Positions 44,259 to 54,337 are shown, counted from the stretch's first letter. The stretch: DNA of 64,000 nt from Sphingomonadales bacterium (GCA_038250735.1 JBBSCC010000001.1:3229-67228); one strand, 5' to 3'. The notes: generated by a model not told the origin, from the letters alone. Numbers and translations are program-made.

Positions 44259-45086
44259 ATGGATAAAAAGTCAGGGGAGCAGGGTGAATTGATGCGGCGC
44301 GACGTCGACCAGAATATTGCTCAAATTGCGACCCGCTTTGTCGATGCCAGACGCAGCGCATCAGTGCTGACCGATTACCCCGGGATTATTCCCGCCGACC
44401 TTTCAGATGCCTATGCCGTTCAGGATTCGGCGATTGCGCTGAGTGCTGGGGAAATCGTCGGCTGGAAGGTCGGCCGGATCAATCCACCGATCGGTGATGT
44501 CGATCGCCTCGCCGGACCAATCTACACCTGTGTTGAGGCGACCTCCAGCGACGCGCCAGCCGCAATGCGGGTATTTGCGGGCGGGTTTGCGGCAGCAGAG
44601 GCCGAATATCTGCTGCGCATCGGCACCGCGCCAAACCCCGCGCAGCAACATTTTTCCATCGATGAGGCTGCCGCGCTGATTGACGCGGTGCATATCGGCA
44701 TCGAAATCGCCAGTTCGCCCTTTGGCGGCATCAACGATCATGGTGCTGGCGTCACGATTTCTGATTTTGGCAATAATAACGGGCTGGTAATCGGCCCCGC
44801 CGTCCATGGCTGGCGCACAACCGACCTGCTCGGCTGGCCAGTGGAATTGATGATCAATGGCATTTTGATTGGCGCGGGCATGGCATCGACGATGCTTGAC
44901 GGCCCGTTTGGCGCCGCGCGATTCTTGTTCGAGCTGATGGCCGAACGCGGCATCGCGCTGAAGCCCGGGCAGTGGATTTCTACCGGCGCCGTCACTGGCG
45001 TTCACCCTGTTGCGGTGGGGGATCGGGTCCAGGCGCGCTTCGATGCGCGACTGACCGTAGAGTGCGCTATTGAAGCCGAAGGATAA
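44259..45086 (+). CDS. Fumarylacetoacetate-hydrolase-fold protein (2-keto-4-pentenoate hydratase/MhpD-like)
   Basis: AYAVQDSAI...GWKVG (MhpD/HpcG-type N-terminal motif) and EAEYLL...GQWISTGA at the C-terminus. The start may be ATG 44292. Confidence 0.75.
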   Translation: MDKKSGEQGELMRRDVDQNIAQIATRFVDARRSASVLTDYPGIIPADLSDAYAVQDSAIALSAGEIVGWKVGRINPPIGDVDRLAGPIYTCVEATSSDAPAAMRVFAGGFAAAEAEYLLRIGTAPNPAQQHFSIDEAAALIDAVHIGIEIASSPFGGINDHGAGVTISDFGNNNGLVIGPAVHGWRTTDLLGWPVELMINGILIGAGMASTMLDGPFGAARFLFELMAERGIALKPGQWISTGAVTGVHPVAVGDRVQARFDARLTVECAIEAEG

Positions 45087-45116
45087 GCCCGCCAACCGGG
45101 CAATTGGGGAGAGCGA

Positions 45117-46409
45117 GTGATGGCAACAGCAGTCGTGCCTGGCGTGGCAGCAGCAGCAGCGCGGGTCGGGCGGTTTCGCTGGGTTATCTGCGCCTTGCTG
45201 TTTGCGGCCACGGCGATCAACTATGTCGATCGCCAGATGATCGGCGTGCTCAAGCCAACACTGAGCAAGGAATTCGGCTGGACCGAAGGCGACTTTGCCA
45301 CGATCATCTTTTGGTTCCAGGTCGCCTATGCGATTGGCTATGTCAGCTTTGGCAAGGTCGTGGACATGGTGGGTGCGCGGCTTGGCTATGCCGTCGCCAT
45401 TGTCATCTGGACGATCAGCCACATGGCGCACGGACTGGCGAGCGGCGTTACCACATTTGCCATGGCGCGCTTTGGCCTGGGCATTGGCGAATCGGGCAAT
45501 TTTCCGGCGGGCATCCGCGCGGTGACGGACTGGTTCCCGCAGCGCGAACGCGCCTTTGCAATTGGCCTTTTCAATGCAGGTGCCAATATCGGCGCGATCA
45601 TCACGCCCTTGCTAGTGCCAGCGCTGGTGCTTGCCTTTGATTGGCGCGTTGCGTTTTACGTCACTGGCATATTGGGGATTTTGTGGCTGGTGGCGTGGTG
45701 GTTGGTGTATCGGCACCCGAGCGAGCATGGCCGCGTGAACCCGGCTGAGCTCGCCTGGATAGAACAGGATCCCGCTGACCCGGTGGAACCGATTGCCTGG
45801 CGCAAACTGATCATGGTGCGCGAAACATGGGCGTATGCGCTGGGGAAGTTCTTCATCGACCCGATCTGGTGGTTTTTCCTGTTCTGGCTCCCCGGCTATC
45901 TGTACGAACGCTATCATCTTGATCTGAAGACCTTTGGCCTGCCGCTTGCCGCGATCTATCTGATTTCAGATTTTGGCAGCATTGGTGGCGGCTGGATGTC
46001 GTCGCGGCTGATTAAGGCGGGTTATACCCCCAATCTGGCCCGCAAGCTGACGATGCTGCTATGTGCGTTTTGCGTAACGCCCATCTATTTCGCGCAATCG
46101 ATTGACGGGTTATGGACGGCGGTGCTCATCATCGGGCTGGCGACGGCGGCGCATCAGGCATTTTCGGCCAATCTCTATACCTTGCCATCGGATATCTTCC
46201 CGCGCGGCGCGGTGGGATCTGTGGTCGGGATTGGCGGGATGATCGGCGCGATTGGCGGCATGGGGATGGCGCAGTTCACTGGCTATATCCTGGATGCAAC
46301 GGGCAAGAATTATTCGATCCTATTCGCCATCTGCGCCAGCGCCTATTTCGTGGCGCTGCTGGCGGTCCACCTGCTCTCGCCGCGACTGGCCCGCGTCGAG
46401 GTTGCATGA
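45117..46409 (+). CDS. MFS transporter, ExuT/ACS-family hexuronate transporter-like
   Basis: INYVDRQMIGVLKPTL, 12 predicted TM segments, FGLGIGESGNFPAG. GTG start. Confidence 0.85.
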   Translation: MMATAVVPGVAAAAARVGRFRWVICALLFAATAINYVDRQMIGVLKPTLSKEFGWTEGDFATIIFWFQVAYAIGYVSFGKVVDMVGARLGYAVAIVIWTISHMAHGLASGVTTFAMARFGLGIGESGNFPAGIRAVTDWFPQRERAFAIGLFNAGANIGAIITPLLVPALVLAFDWRVAFYVTGILGILWLVAWWLVYRHPSEHGRVNPAELAWIEQDPADPVEPIAWRKLIMVRETWAYALGKFFIDPIWWFFLFWLPGYLYERYHLDLKTFGLPLAAIYLISDFGSIGGGWMSSRLIKAGYTPNLARKLTMLLCAFCVTPIYFAQSIDGLWTAVLIIGLATAAHQAFSANLYTLPSDIFPRGAVGSVVGIGGMIGAIGGMGMAQFTGYILDATGKNYSILFAICASAYFVALLAVHLLSPRLARVEVA

Positions 46410-49400
46410 TCCGCCGGGCGATTTCGGCGGCGGCCATCGCCCTGCTGGCAGGGCCGGCATGGGCAGAGCCCGGGGTGGCGGCGTCAACCGGGCTGCTGTT
46501 CCGCGTTTCCGCTGACAAGACGCTGGATGCCGATGTTGCCGGGGGGGATGCTGCCCCCAATTTCCGCAGCGGCGTTGATGTGGTGCCCGATGGCGCCATC
46601 GGCGGCGCAGCGCGGTGGAGCGATGAGGGTTATGTCGCCTGGAAAGCGCCGGGCAATATGCTGGCAGCACGCGGCACGCTATCATTCTTTTGGCGGCCCC
46701 GCACACCACTAGGCGAGGCACCCTTTGCCATTTTTCGCGCAGGTTTTGCCGATCACAGCAGTTGGGACATGGCGTTTCTGCGGATCGACTGGAACGGCCA
46801 CGGGTTCGATGCTTTTGTAACCGACGCGAATTTATCGCGCGTGCGGGTGTCGTGGCGAATGGATGCCATTCCGGCAGCGACAGATTGGCACCACATCGCC
46901 TTTGCCTGGGACGAAACACAGGGCGTGCAGTTGTTCGTCGATGGCCGCGAGGTTGCCCGCAAGGTGCAAAACGCCAATCTTGATTCAGGGCTGGACCAAT
47001 TTGGCATGGCCGGACGAGTAATGTCCCCCCACCAAGTGCAGAGCCGCTACAATTTCATGCGCGGCAGCGATCTGGACGAGATTCGCGTTTACGACCATGC
47101 GCTCGACGGAATGGATGTATCGCGCCTGTCCGCCAAGCAGGAGCCATCCCCTGCCCCTGCCCCTGACACGACAGCGCGCTGGCAGGCTTGGCTCCACCGG
47201 CATGGCTGGGATCATGCCTCACCCCCCGTGCTTGATGCGCCCACGACTATGATCCGCAAGGTGGAATTCGCCGATGCGCGCGACCTCAAACAATGGATGT
47301 GGAAAGGGGTGGACGGCATTGCCGAAACCACCTGGCCGGGGGTGTACAACCGCTCCCGCCTGCCCGGCCGAACCGATTATTTTGAGCTTCCCGACTGGAA
47401 CACCTATGTCGAGGGCGGCAAGCAATATGACCTGCGCGTGCCCACGGGCGAGCGCATCAACCGGATTGAGATTCGCGGCGCGGCCTATGGCAGCATTGGT
47501 TGGCAAGGCGACGGCGCTACGGTAAAAATCGCCTCGCGCGCGCAGGGCATCGTGCGGTCGTTTGACAGCATCGCCCCGATCACCGGCGGCACGATCAGCC
47601 TCACCAATGTGATGCAGGAACAGCCGATCCAGGAATTCTGGGGCTATGATATCCATCCCGGTGCTGAGCCCGCTGGCAGCTTCTCGCTGGCGTTCACGGT
47701 CGATTCCGCTGCCTCCACGCGGGTGGCTGCACTTGACGGGCTGAACCGTTTCATCGCCGGGCGCTATCCTGCTGACGAGCGGGCGACAGTGGTCGCGCTG
47801 CCATCCTCCGGCGTGCGCGCGGCGGTGGGTGCGGGCGCCGCGACCGATGGTAAGGCCGAGGCCCGGACTAAGGGCCTGCCTATCGTCCACCTCCTGATTC
47901 CCGCCAGCCTGGGCGATGCCTATCCTGATCGGCCGCTGGCGCGCGCATTCGATTATGGCTGGCAGAACCTGCATGACGGGTTGGACGGCATTGCAATTGA
48001 TCTACCCGCGATCAAGGCAACGCCGGGCAAAGACGGGCTGATCCCGCTCAACATTCGCATCAAGGATCCGCTATGGCCAGCGCGCGACATGATGGATGTG
48101 TCCGTCAGCGTCCGCCCCGGAGAGGCGCGCACCTTGTGGCTGGATACGCGCGACCGGATTTTGCCCGATAACAGCCTGTACCTGACGATTGACTCCGCTG
48201 CCCCCGATTTTGATGCCGACGTGCTGAACGGCACGCGAATTCGGCTGGTGTTCAAGGACCGTGCAGTGGCGCTGGCCGAACATATTGCAGACCGGTTCAA
48301 CCAGGTGCGCGACAATTGGGGCTTTCTGGTCGAAGAACATACCGCATCAAAACGGGCGGCGCTGTATGCGCGACTGTTCGCCGATATCAGCGATCTGCTG
48401 CGGGTTGATCCCGAAAACATTGAGGCCCGGCGCTACTGGGCGGATATCAATTATCGCGCCGAAAACCTGCCTGCCTTTGCCCAGCCAGCGGCACCCGCAG
48501 GGGTGCCTTTGTGGGCATTTCGTCAGCTCGAGGATTTAAAGATCACCCACCGCTTTGTCGATTGGTGGATCGATGAACGACAAGTGGCTTACGGCGATTT
48601 TGGCGGCGGCATTTCAGACGATAGCGACCTGACGCAACAATGGCCGGGGCTGGCGCTTATGGGTGTCGCGCCGAACAAGATCAACGCGTCGCTGCGCGCG
48701 TTATCCGATGCTGCGTACAAGAACGGCATGGTCGTGAACGGCCTGGCCGCGATCACGACCGATGAACTCCACGGCTATGAGGAAGGGCTGAATTCGGACG
48801 CTGAACGGCTATACCTCAACTGGGGGGACCCGCGGGCGGTTGAACGGTTGATGGCCACGACCAAGGCGCTTGACCAGGTTATCCTGCGCAACCCCGCCGG
48901 GCACCTGCATTTTGCCAGCAACTGGTACGGCGCGCACAAAATGTACCGCGAAGGGGCGTGGGAATGGCAAAAACCCTATAGCTTCACCGTCATGCACGCG
49001 CCGATCCTGCTCGGCCTGTACAATGGCAGCGCGGCGGCACGGGCGGTGGTGACGGGCGTGGTCGATGGCTGGATGGCGCATGGCAAGGCCGATGCGGACG
49101 GCGCATGGCGCTATCCCAACGAAATCAACTGGCGCAGTGATGCCGAACGCGCGGGCGATGGCGGCGGCGTTTCCACCCCCTTGCAATCCGCCTGGGCGGC
49201 ATGGCGCTTTACCGGCGACGCCGGTTATCTCCGGCCAATTACAGGGCGGCTGATCCGCAGCCCGGGCGGGATCGCCGAATTTAACGAAAATGGCTTTGCG
49301 GCACTGCCCGACGGCCCCGCAATGCTGACCAAGGCAGCGCGCGCCGGGGATGATGCCGCCACCCGCTTCGCCCGCTGGCAGGCGAGCGGCGATACCGATG

Positions 49401-50176
49401 CGCTGGCCGCGCTCCACGGCGACGCGCTGGCCGACAAGAGCCAGCGATTTTACATGCTGACACAGGGCCATTGGTGGTCTGACCGGGTGGAGATGGACAC
49501 CCAGTGGCTGCAGCGCGAACGGCTGGGCGGCATCGCGCTTCGCCGGAACCAGACCTGGCCCGGCAACACCGTCAGTTGGCGCTTTGCTGAGCCGGGGGCT
49601 GCAGAACAGGTCGCGATCCTGCTGCCCGGCGCGACGCCAGACCGTTTCAGGGTGGTCGCGTTCAACACGAGCGATCACCCCCAGCGGGCGACCATGACAG
49701 CGTGGAACGTGACCGCAGGCCAGTGGCAGGTCACCAGCGCCGATGGCGCACCGCGCGCGATCGACCTAGAACGCAGCATGGGCACTGATCTGGTCTTTGC
49801 ACCCGGTTTGTCGACCTTCGACTTTGCGCTGACGCAGCCCGGCACGCCGGTCGACACGCGCCCCGATATTGGCATTGGTGCTGACGATGTTCGGCTGGCG
49901 GGGCGCAGCGTGATGCTGACCGTCCACAGCCTGGGCGCGGCGGCGGTGGCTGGCGGCACGGCGATGCTGGTCGATGGGGCAGGCGCAGTCCGGGCGCAGG
50001 CCCCAATCCCCGCAATGCCCGCGCCTGCTGATCTGCTGCCCGTTACGCGGGTGGTGCGGCTGCGTATCCCGCCGTCGAGTGATCGCCTGGGGCTGGTCGT
50101 GCGGATCGCGCTGCCCGGCGGCACGGCGGAGGTGACGCAGATGAACAACAGCGCCCCAGTGCCCGCCCAGCCATGA
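46406..50176 (+). CDS. Large secreted protein (1256 aa) with an N-terminal LamG/concanavalin-A-like domain; remainder uncharacterised
   Basis: Start at ATG 46406 (ATGA overlap with the transporter stop). Signal peptide MIRRAISAAAIALLAGPAWA. Laminin_G_3-like segment: TLSFFWRP...WHHIAFAWDETQGVQLFVDGREV...DLDEIRVYDHAL. I recognise no family motif in the following ~1000 aa. Confidence 0.8.
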   Translation: MIRRAISAAAIALLAGPAWAEPGVAASTGLLFRVSADKTLDADVAGGDAAPNFRSGVDVVPDGAIGGAARWSDEGYVAWKAPGNMLAARGTLSFFWRPRTPLGEAPFAIFRAGFADHSSWDMAFLRIDWNGHGFDAFVTDANLSRVRVSWRMDAIPAATDWHHIAFAWDETQGVQLFVDGREVARKVQNANLDSGLDQFGMAGRVMSPHQVQSRYNFMRGSDLDEIRVYDHALDGMDVSRLSAKQEPSPAPAPDTTARWQAWLHRHGWDHASPPVLDAPTTMIRKVEFADARDLKQWMWKGVDGIAETTWPGVYNRSRLPGRTDYFELPDWNTYVEGGKQYDLRVPTGERINRIEIRGAAYGSIGWQGDGATVKIASRAQGIVRSFDSIAPITGGTISLTNVMQEQPIQEFWGYDIHPGAEPAGSFSLAFTVDSAASTRVAALDGLNRFIAGRYPADERATVVALPSSGVRAAVGAGAATDGKAEARTKGLPIVHLLIPASLGDAYPDRPLARAFDYGWQNLHDGLDGIAIDLPAIKATPGKDGLIPLNIRIKDPLWPARDMMDVSVSVRPGEARTLWLDTRDRILPDNSLYLTIDSAAPDFDADVLNGTRIRLVFKDRAVALAEHIADRFNQVRDNWGFLVEEHTASKRAALYARLFADISDLLRVDPENIEARRYWADINYRAENLPAFAQPAAPAGVPLWAFRQLEDLKITHRFVDWWIDERQVAYGDFGGGISDDSDLTQQWPGLALMGVAPNKINASLRALSDAAYKNGMVVNGLAAITTDELHGYEEGLNSDAERLYLNWGDPRAVERLMATTKALDQVILRNPAGHLHFASNWYGAHKMYREGAWEWQKPYSFTVMHAPILLGLYNGSAAARAVVTGVVDGWMAHGKADADGAWRYPNEINWRSDAERAGDGGGVSTPLQSAWAAWRFTGDAGYLRPITGRLIRSPGGIAEFNENGFAALPDGPAMLTKAARAGDDAATRFARWQASGDTDALAALHGDALADKSQRFYMLTQGHWWSDRVEMDTQWLQRERLGGIALRRNQTWPGNTVSWRFAEPGAAEQVAILLPGATPDRFRVVAFNTSDHPQRATMTAWNVTAGQWQVTSADGAPRAIDLERSMGTDLVFAPGLSTFDFALTQPGTPVDTRPDIGIGADDVRLAGRSVMLTVHSLGAAAVAGGTAMLVDGAGAVRAQAPIPAMPAPADLLPVTRVVRLRIPPSSDRLGLVVRIALPGGTAEVTQMNNSAPVPAQP

Positions 50177-51396
50177 TGTCGCGCCGCGCCATGATGATGG
50201 GCGGCGCGGTGATGGCAGCGAGTGCGCGACAGGCGTGTGCAGCGCCAGCCGACCTGACCGCACGGCTCGATGCGGCAGCGGCCGAGCGTGATCCGGTGCG
50301 GGCATTGGCGCTGCTGGCCATTCAACGCGCCGGCAGGCTGACCGGCGCGGCGCGGCTTGACTTGGTGACGGCGCGTGCAGGGCTGGCGGCGGATGTCGCG
50401 TTGATCCGCCACGGGATTGATCCGCGCGCGCCCACGCTGCGCAGCGCGGCGGACGCATCCTTTCGACTGGTGCTCCAACGCAAGATTGGCCCCATGCCCG
50501 GCGTGCGGGCCATCGAGCGGCGGCTGATCGTGGAGCACCGCCGGGTGGACGCCCGGGCGGCTCGGCTGTTCGAAAAGATCGGCATCGACGGCGCGACGAT
50601 CGGCGCGCGCTATCGCCAGTTATGGGGCGAACAAACCGGGCGTTACCCCGATACCGATGCCGGGTGCGATGCGCTGGTTGCCGAAATGAACGGACTGCTG
50701 CCGCCGCTGGTCGCGCTGATCCCGGCACTGATGGGCGCGGTGCCCCCCTATTGCCTGAACGTCGCGGCATCGCGCGGATCGCTTGCCGATCAGGCAGCCA
50801 GCAAGGTGGGCGTGCGGTTGCTGCCGACCGCCGCGATGTTCGGGGGCTATGTGATCGACCTGAAGCGCATCGCCGATCGCCCCCGGTGGAGCCTGCCCAG
50901 CGTCGTTGCGCATGAACTGCTGCCCGGCCATCTGCTGCAATTGCCCATGGAGGCGGCAGCCAATCCGCACCCCTTGCGGCTGGAATACGCCCCGGCCTTT
51001 GCAGAAGGCTGGGGCATCCATATCGAGAGGTTGGTGGCAGAAGCGGGCGTGTGGCGCGATCCGCGCGCGATGCTCGGCTATCTCCACTGGCGCCTTTTCC
51101 GCATTGCGCGCGCGCGGGCCGATATCGGCATTCATGTGCATCGCTGGTCGGCGGATGAGGCGCAGGCGCGGCTGATGGCGTGGCAGGGCGAACCCGCCTA
51201 TTTCGCCCCGTTCGACAGCGATGTTGCGCGGATCGCTGCGGCCCCGGCCGTCCGCACCGCCGAAATGCTGGCGGCGCTGGCGATAGAGGATGGCGCGCAA
51301 GGCAAAAACGGGCGCGCGCTGATAGCGTTTCACCAATCGATGCTGGTCGATGGCCGGATGCGCAACGACGACATCGCGCGGAGGGCAGCCACATGA
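50173..51396 (+). CDS. DUF885-family protein (putative metallohydrolase fold) with Tat-like signal
   Basis: MMSRRAMMMGGAVMAASA signal. HELLPGHLLQ matches the DUF885 HExxPGHxxQ motif. ATGA overlaps at both ends. Confidence 0.8.
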   Translation: MMSRRAMMMGGAVMAASARQACAAPADLTARLDAAAAERDPVRALALLAIQRAGRLTGAARLDLVTARAGLAADVALIRHGIDPRAPTLRSAADASFRLVLQRKIGPMPGVRAIERRLIVEHRRVDARAARLFEKIGIDGATIGARYRQLWGEQTGRYPDTDAGCDALVAEMNGLLPPLVALIPALMGAVPPYCLNVAASRGSLADQAASKVGVRLLPTAAMFGGYVIDLKRIADRPRWSLPSVVAHELLPGHLLQLPMEAAANPHPLRLEYAPAFAEGWGIHIERLVAEAGVWRDPRAMLGYLHWRLFRIARARADIGIHVHRWSADEAQARLMAWQGEPAYFAPFDSDVARIAAAPAVRTAEMLAALAIEDGAQGKNGRALIAFHQSMLVDGRMRNDDIARRAAT

Positions 51397-52979
51397 CGAT
51401 ATCACGTCGGGACGCACTGCTCGCCGCAAGTGGTGCCAGCGCCATGCTCCTGCCCGCCGCTGCCCATGGCGCGCCCACCCACCGGCCGGTGCAACCCCGG
51501 CGCGGGCTGGATAACCAGCGCGTGCCTGATCTGGGCGATGGCCGTTTCCTCAACCCGGTACTGGCAGGGGACCATCCCGATCCGGCTATCCTGAAGGACG
51601 GCGCGGATTATTATGCGACCTTTTCCAGCTTTGACAGCTACCCCGGCTGCATCATCTGGCATTCGCGCGATCTGGTAAGCTGGCGGCCGATTGGCCCGGC
51701 GCTTAACCGGAATATTGGATCAGTTTGGGCGGTCAGCTTGGCCAAATATGCTGGCAGATACTTCCTGTATATCCCGGTAAAATCGATGCCCAATTCGATC
51801 TTCGTCACCTATGCCGACCGGATCGAAGGGCCCTGGAGCGACCCTATCGACCTAAGCCTGCAACGGCATATTGACCCCTGCCATGTGGTTGGCGAAGACG
51901 GCTCCCGCTGGCTGTTCCTGTCGGGCGGGGACCGGGTGCGCCTTAGCGCCGACGGGCTTAGCACCGTCGGTGCGCCTGAACATGTCTATGATCCGTGGCG
52001 TTACCCCAGCGACTGGGTGGTTGAAAGCTTTTCTGCAGAAGGCCCCAAGATTGCGCAACGCGGGGAGTGGTTTTACCTGATAACCGCAGTTGGCGGTACG
52101 GCGGGCCCGCCGACTGGGCATATGGTAATCGCTGCCCGATCAAGATCAATCAACGGCCCTTGGAAAAATTGCCCGCACAACCCGCTGGTCCGCACGCGCG
52201 ACAATGCCGAACGCTGGTGGTCGCGCGGCCACGCGTCGCTGATCGAGGGGCCGGCGGGCGATTGGTGGGCGCTGTATCACGGGTATGAAAACGGCTATTG
52301 GACGCTGGGACGGCAGATGCTGCTCGATCCCGTGCGCTGGACTGCCGATGGGTGGCCGCAGATGACGGGCGGTGATCTTTCCACACCCCTTGTAAAACCC
52401 AAAGGCGGCCAGCCCGTGCCGCATGGCATGGCCCTGTCAGACCGCTTCGATACCCTTGCCCTAGGGACACGGTGGGGCTTTTACCGTCCTGATGCTGACG
52501 AACCGCAGCGTGTCAGCGCAAGCGACGGGACATTAACGCTCACCGCAAAGGGCAGCGCGCCGTTCAACAGTTCGCCGTTGCTCACTATCGCCGCCGATGT
52601 TGCTTATCAGTTTGAATGCTCGGTGGAGATTGATCCAGGCACCACCGCAGGCCTTTTACTATTCTATGATGATCGGCTGTATTGCGGGATTGGTTTTGAT
52701 CCAAAGCGATTTGTCACCCACCAATATGGTGCCGAACGCGGCCGACCCGCCAACCCGCACGGCACCTCCATGCGCATCCGCGTGACGAATGATCGCCACA
52801 TCGTGACCTATGATACCAGTGGCGATGGCGGCAAAAGCTGGGTGCGGTTTGATCGCGGCATGGAAGTATCGGGCTATCACCACAATGTTCGCGGCGGATT
52901 CTTGATGCTGCGGCCGGGGGTTTACGCTGCGGGAACAGGCAGCGCGCGCTTTCGTGATTTCACCTACCGGGCGCTCTAA
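51393..52979 (+). CDS. Glycoside hydrolase family 43 (beta-xylosidase/alpha-L-arabinofuranosidase type) with C-terminal concanavalin-like domain
   Basis: Tat-like signal TISRRDALLAASGASA. NPVLAGDHPDPAILKDGADYYATFSSFDSYPGCIIWHSRDLVSWRPIG is a GH43 N-terminal signature. AEGPKI and WYLI-type blades are present, and the C-terminal beta-sandwich has FRDFTY. Start at ATG 51393 (ATGA overlap). Confidence 0.9.
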   Translation: MTISRRDALLAASGASAMLLPAAAHGAPTHRPVQPRRGLDNQRVPDLGDGRFLNPVLAGDHPDPAILKDGADYYATFSSFDSYPGCIIWHSRDLVSWRPIGPALNRNIGSVWAVSLAKYAGRYFLYIPVKSMPNSIFVTYADRIEGPWSDPIDLSLQRHIDPCHVVGEDGSRWLFLSGGDRVRLSADGLSTVGAPEHVYDPWRYPSDWVVESFSAEGPKIAQRGEWFYLITAVGGTAGPPTGHMVIAARSRSINGPWKNCPHNPLVRTRDNAERWWSRGHASLIEGPAGDWWALYHGYENGYWTLGRQMLLDPVRWTADGWPQMTGGDLSTPLVKPKGGQPVPHGMALSDRFDTLALGTRWGFYRPDADEPQRVSASDGTLTLTAKGSAPFNSSPLLTIAADVAYQFECSVEIDPGTTAGLLLFYDDRLYCGIGFDPKRFVTHQYGAERGRPANPHGTSMRIRVTNDRHIVTYDTSGDGGKSWVRFDRGMEVSGYHHNVRGGFLMLRPGVYAAGTGSARFRDFTYRAL

Positions 52980-54310
52980 CGAGCCACCAGGACAAGTCTA
53001 TTTAGGTACAGCTCGATATTCGTGTAGCCGCCTGCACCAACGCCTGCCGAATCATCCTTTTTGGGGTTGAGATGGTGGGCAACCTCCCACGCATCTGGCA
53101 TGCCATCGCCGTCGCTGTCGCGCGGTGCGGGCAGTGATTTCAGGGCGGGCCAGCCGCCCATGTCGCGCTGGCTGTCGATATGGTGGCCGGTGCGATCGCG
53201 CACGCCCTGCACCACTGCCAGATCGATCGGATCACGCGATTTTGATGCGCCTGCCGCCGCCAGCACGCGTGCATAGGCGCTCGCCGCTGCCTCCTGTACC
53301 ACCGGCCCGACATCAACCGGCGTCGCCAGCCGATACCCGTCGGGCTGCACGCCAACAACAAGGCTCCACGGATCAGCCGGGACGGTGCCGTTCATGCTGT
53401 TGCCCGCGAAATAGGCTTTGGCGAGCATATCCGATTCCTCAAACGCAATCGCTTTCTTGGATTGCGGCCCGGCGACATAGCTGTTGTCGACAAAGTTATA
53501 CCGCGACAGCGTCGCCTTATCGGCGTTGTAGCCCGAATGCCCCCCGCCCCAGTTGTAAAACACGTTGGAGCGGAAATCGAAAAAGGCGCCAACCAGATCG
53601 ACGTCGGGTCCGGAATAATTGCCTGGCCGCGGCATCCGGGCGTCATGGTTCGCCCATAGATTGTGGTGGAAGCTCGCCTTTGATCCCCGCCCGCCACGGA
53701 TCAGGCTGCCATAGCCGTGATCGCCTTTTGCGTGCAACGAATGCGTCAGCGAATTGGCGATGATCGACCATTGCACCGTCAGGTCGAAATACCCCTCGCC
53801 CGGCTTTGTATAATTGGCCGACGCCGACAATGTTTCATCGACAGACCAGCTGGCCGACACATGATCCAGAATGATCCGGTGGCCCGCCGCGACCCAGATG
53901 GCGTCGCTCTCTGTTTTGGATTCATCGCCCAGCCGCGAGCGAATATAGCGGATGACGACATCGTCGGCTGCTACCTCCAGCGGATGATCGCGCAGCGTAA
54001 TGCCGTCGCCCGGCGCGCTCTGCCCTGCAATCGTCACCCGCCCCTCACGAATGCGCAGTGGCTTGATAAGCTTGATCGTTCCCGAAACGGCAAACACGAT
54101 CATGCGGGGGCCAGCCGTTTCCACCGCTGCACGTAGGCTACCAGGGCCGCCGTCTTCCAGCGTGCTGACGGTAAGGACCCGCCCGCCGCGCCCGCCAAGC
54201 GCCAGCCGCCCAGCGCCCTCAGCGCCTGGGAACGCCAACTGTTCTGCCGCCGCAGGTGCCGATGCCAGCACCAGCATCCCGGCGAGCAGAACAGTGGTTT
54301 TCATCATCAC
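52976..54310 (-). CDS. Pectate lyase (PL1-like parallel beta-helix)
   Basis: Signal peptide. FPGAEGAGR...GGRGGRVLTVSTLEDGGPGSLRAAV...TIAGQSAPGDGI...DHVSASWSVDE...HHNLWANHDARMPR are typical PL1 pectate lyase motifs. The C-terminal DSDGDGMPDAWE tail is present. Confidence 0.9.
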   Translation of the reverse strand: MMMKTTVLLAGMLVLASAPAAAEQLAFPGAEGAGRLALGGRGGRVLTVSTLEDGGPGSLRAAVETAGPRMIVFAVSGTIKLIKPLRIREGRVTIAGQSAPGDGITLRDHPLEVAADDVVIRYIRSRLGDESKTESDAIWVAAGHRIILDHVSASWSVDETLSASANYTKPGEGYFDLTVQWSIIANSLTHSLHAKGDHGYGSLIRGGRGSKASFHHNLWANHDARMPRPGNYSGPDVDLVGAFFDFRSNVFYNWGGGHSGYNADKATLSRYNFVDNSYVAGPQSKKAIAFEESDMLAKAYFAGNSMNGTVPADPWSLVVGVQPDGYRLATPVDVGPVVQEAAASAYARVLAAAGASKSRDPIDLAVVQGVRDRTGHHIDSQRDMGGWPALKSLPAPRDSDGDGMPDAWEVAHHLNPKKDDSAGVGAGGYTNIELYLNRLVLVAR

Positions 54311-54337
54311 TTCCTCGGGCGTTACGCCGCCATACGC

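Noticed and set aside
46112-46405. N-terminal extension of the 1354-aa track ORF (start 46112)
   Set aside because: The extension overlaps the last ~100 codons of the MFS transporter in another frame. ATG 46406 gives a canonical signal peptide and an ATGA overlap with the transporter stop.
51180-51392. N-terminal extension of the GH43 ORF (track start 51180)
   Set aside because: It overlaps the DUF885 C-terminus. ATG 51393 yields a Tat-type signal (SRRDAL) and ATGA coupling.
49766-51553. 595-aa minus-strand ORF (and 49675..50538, 50620..51429) across the LamG/DUF885/GH43 junctions
   Set aside because: Arg/Pro/Ala-rich low-complexity translation, antisense to three plus-strand genes that carry signal peptides, family motifs and ATGA coupling.
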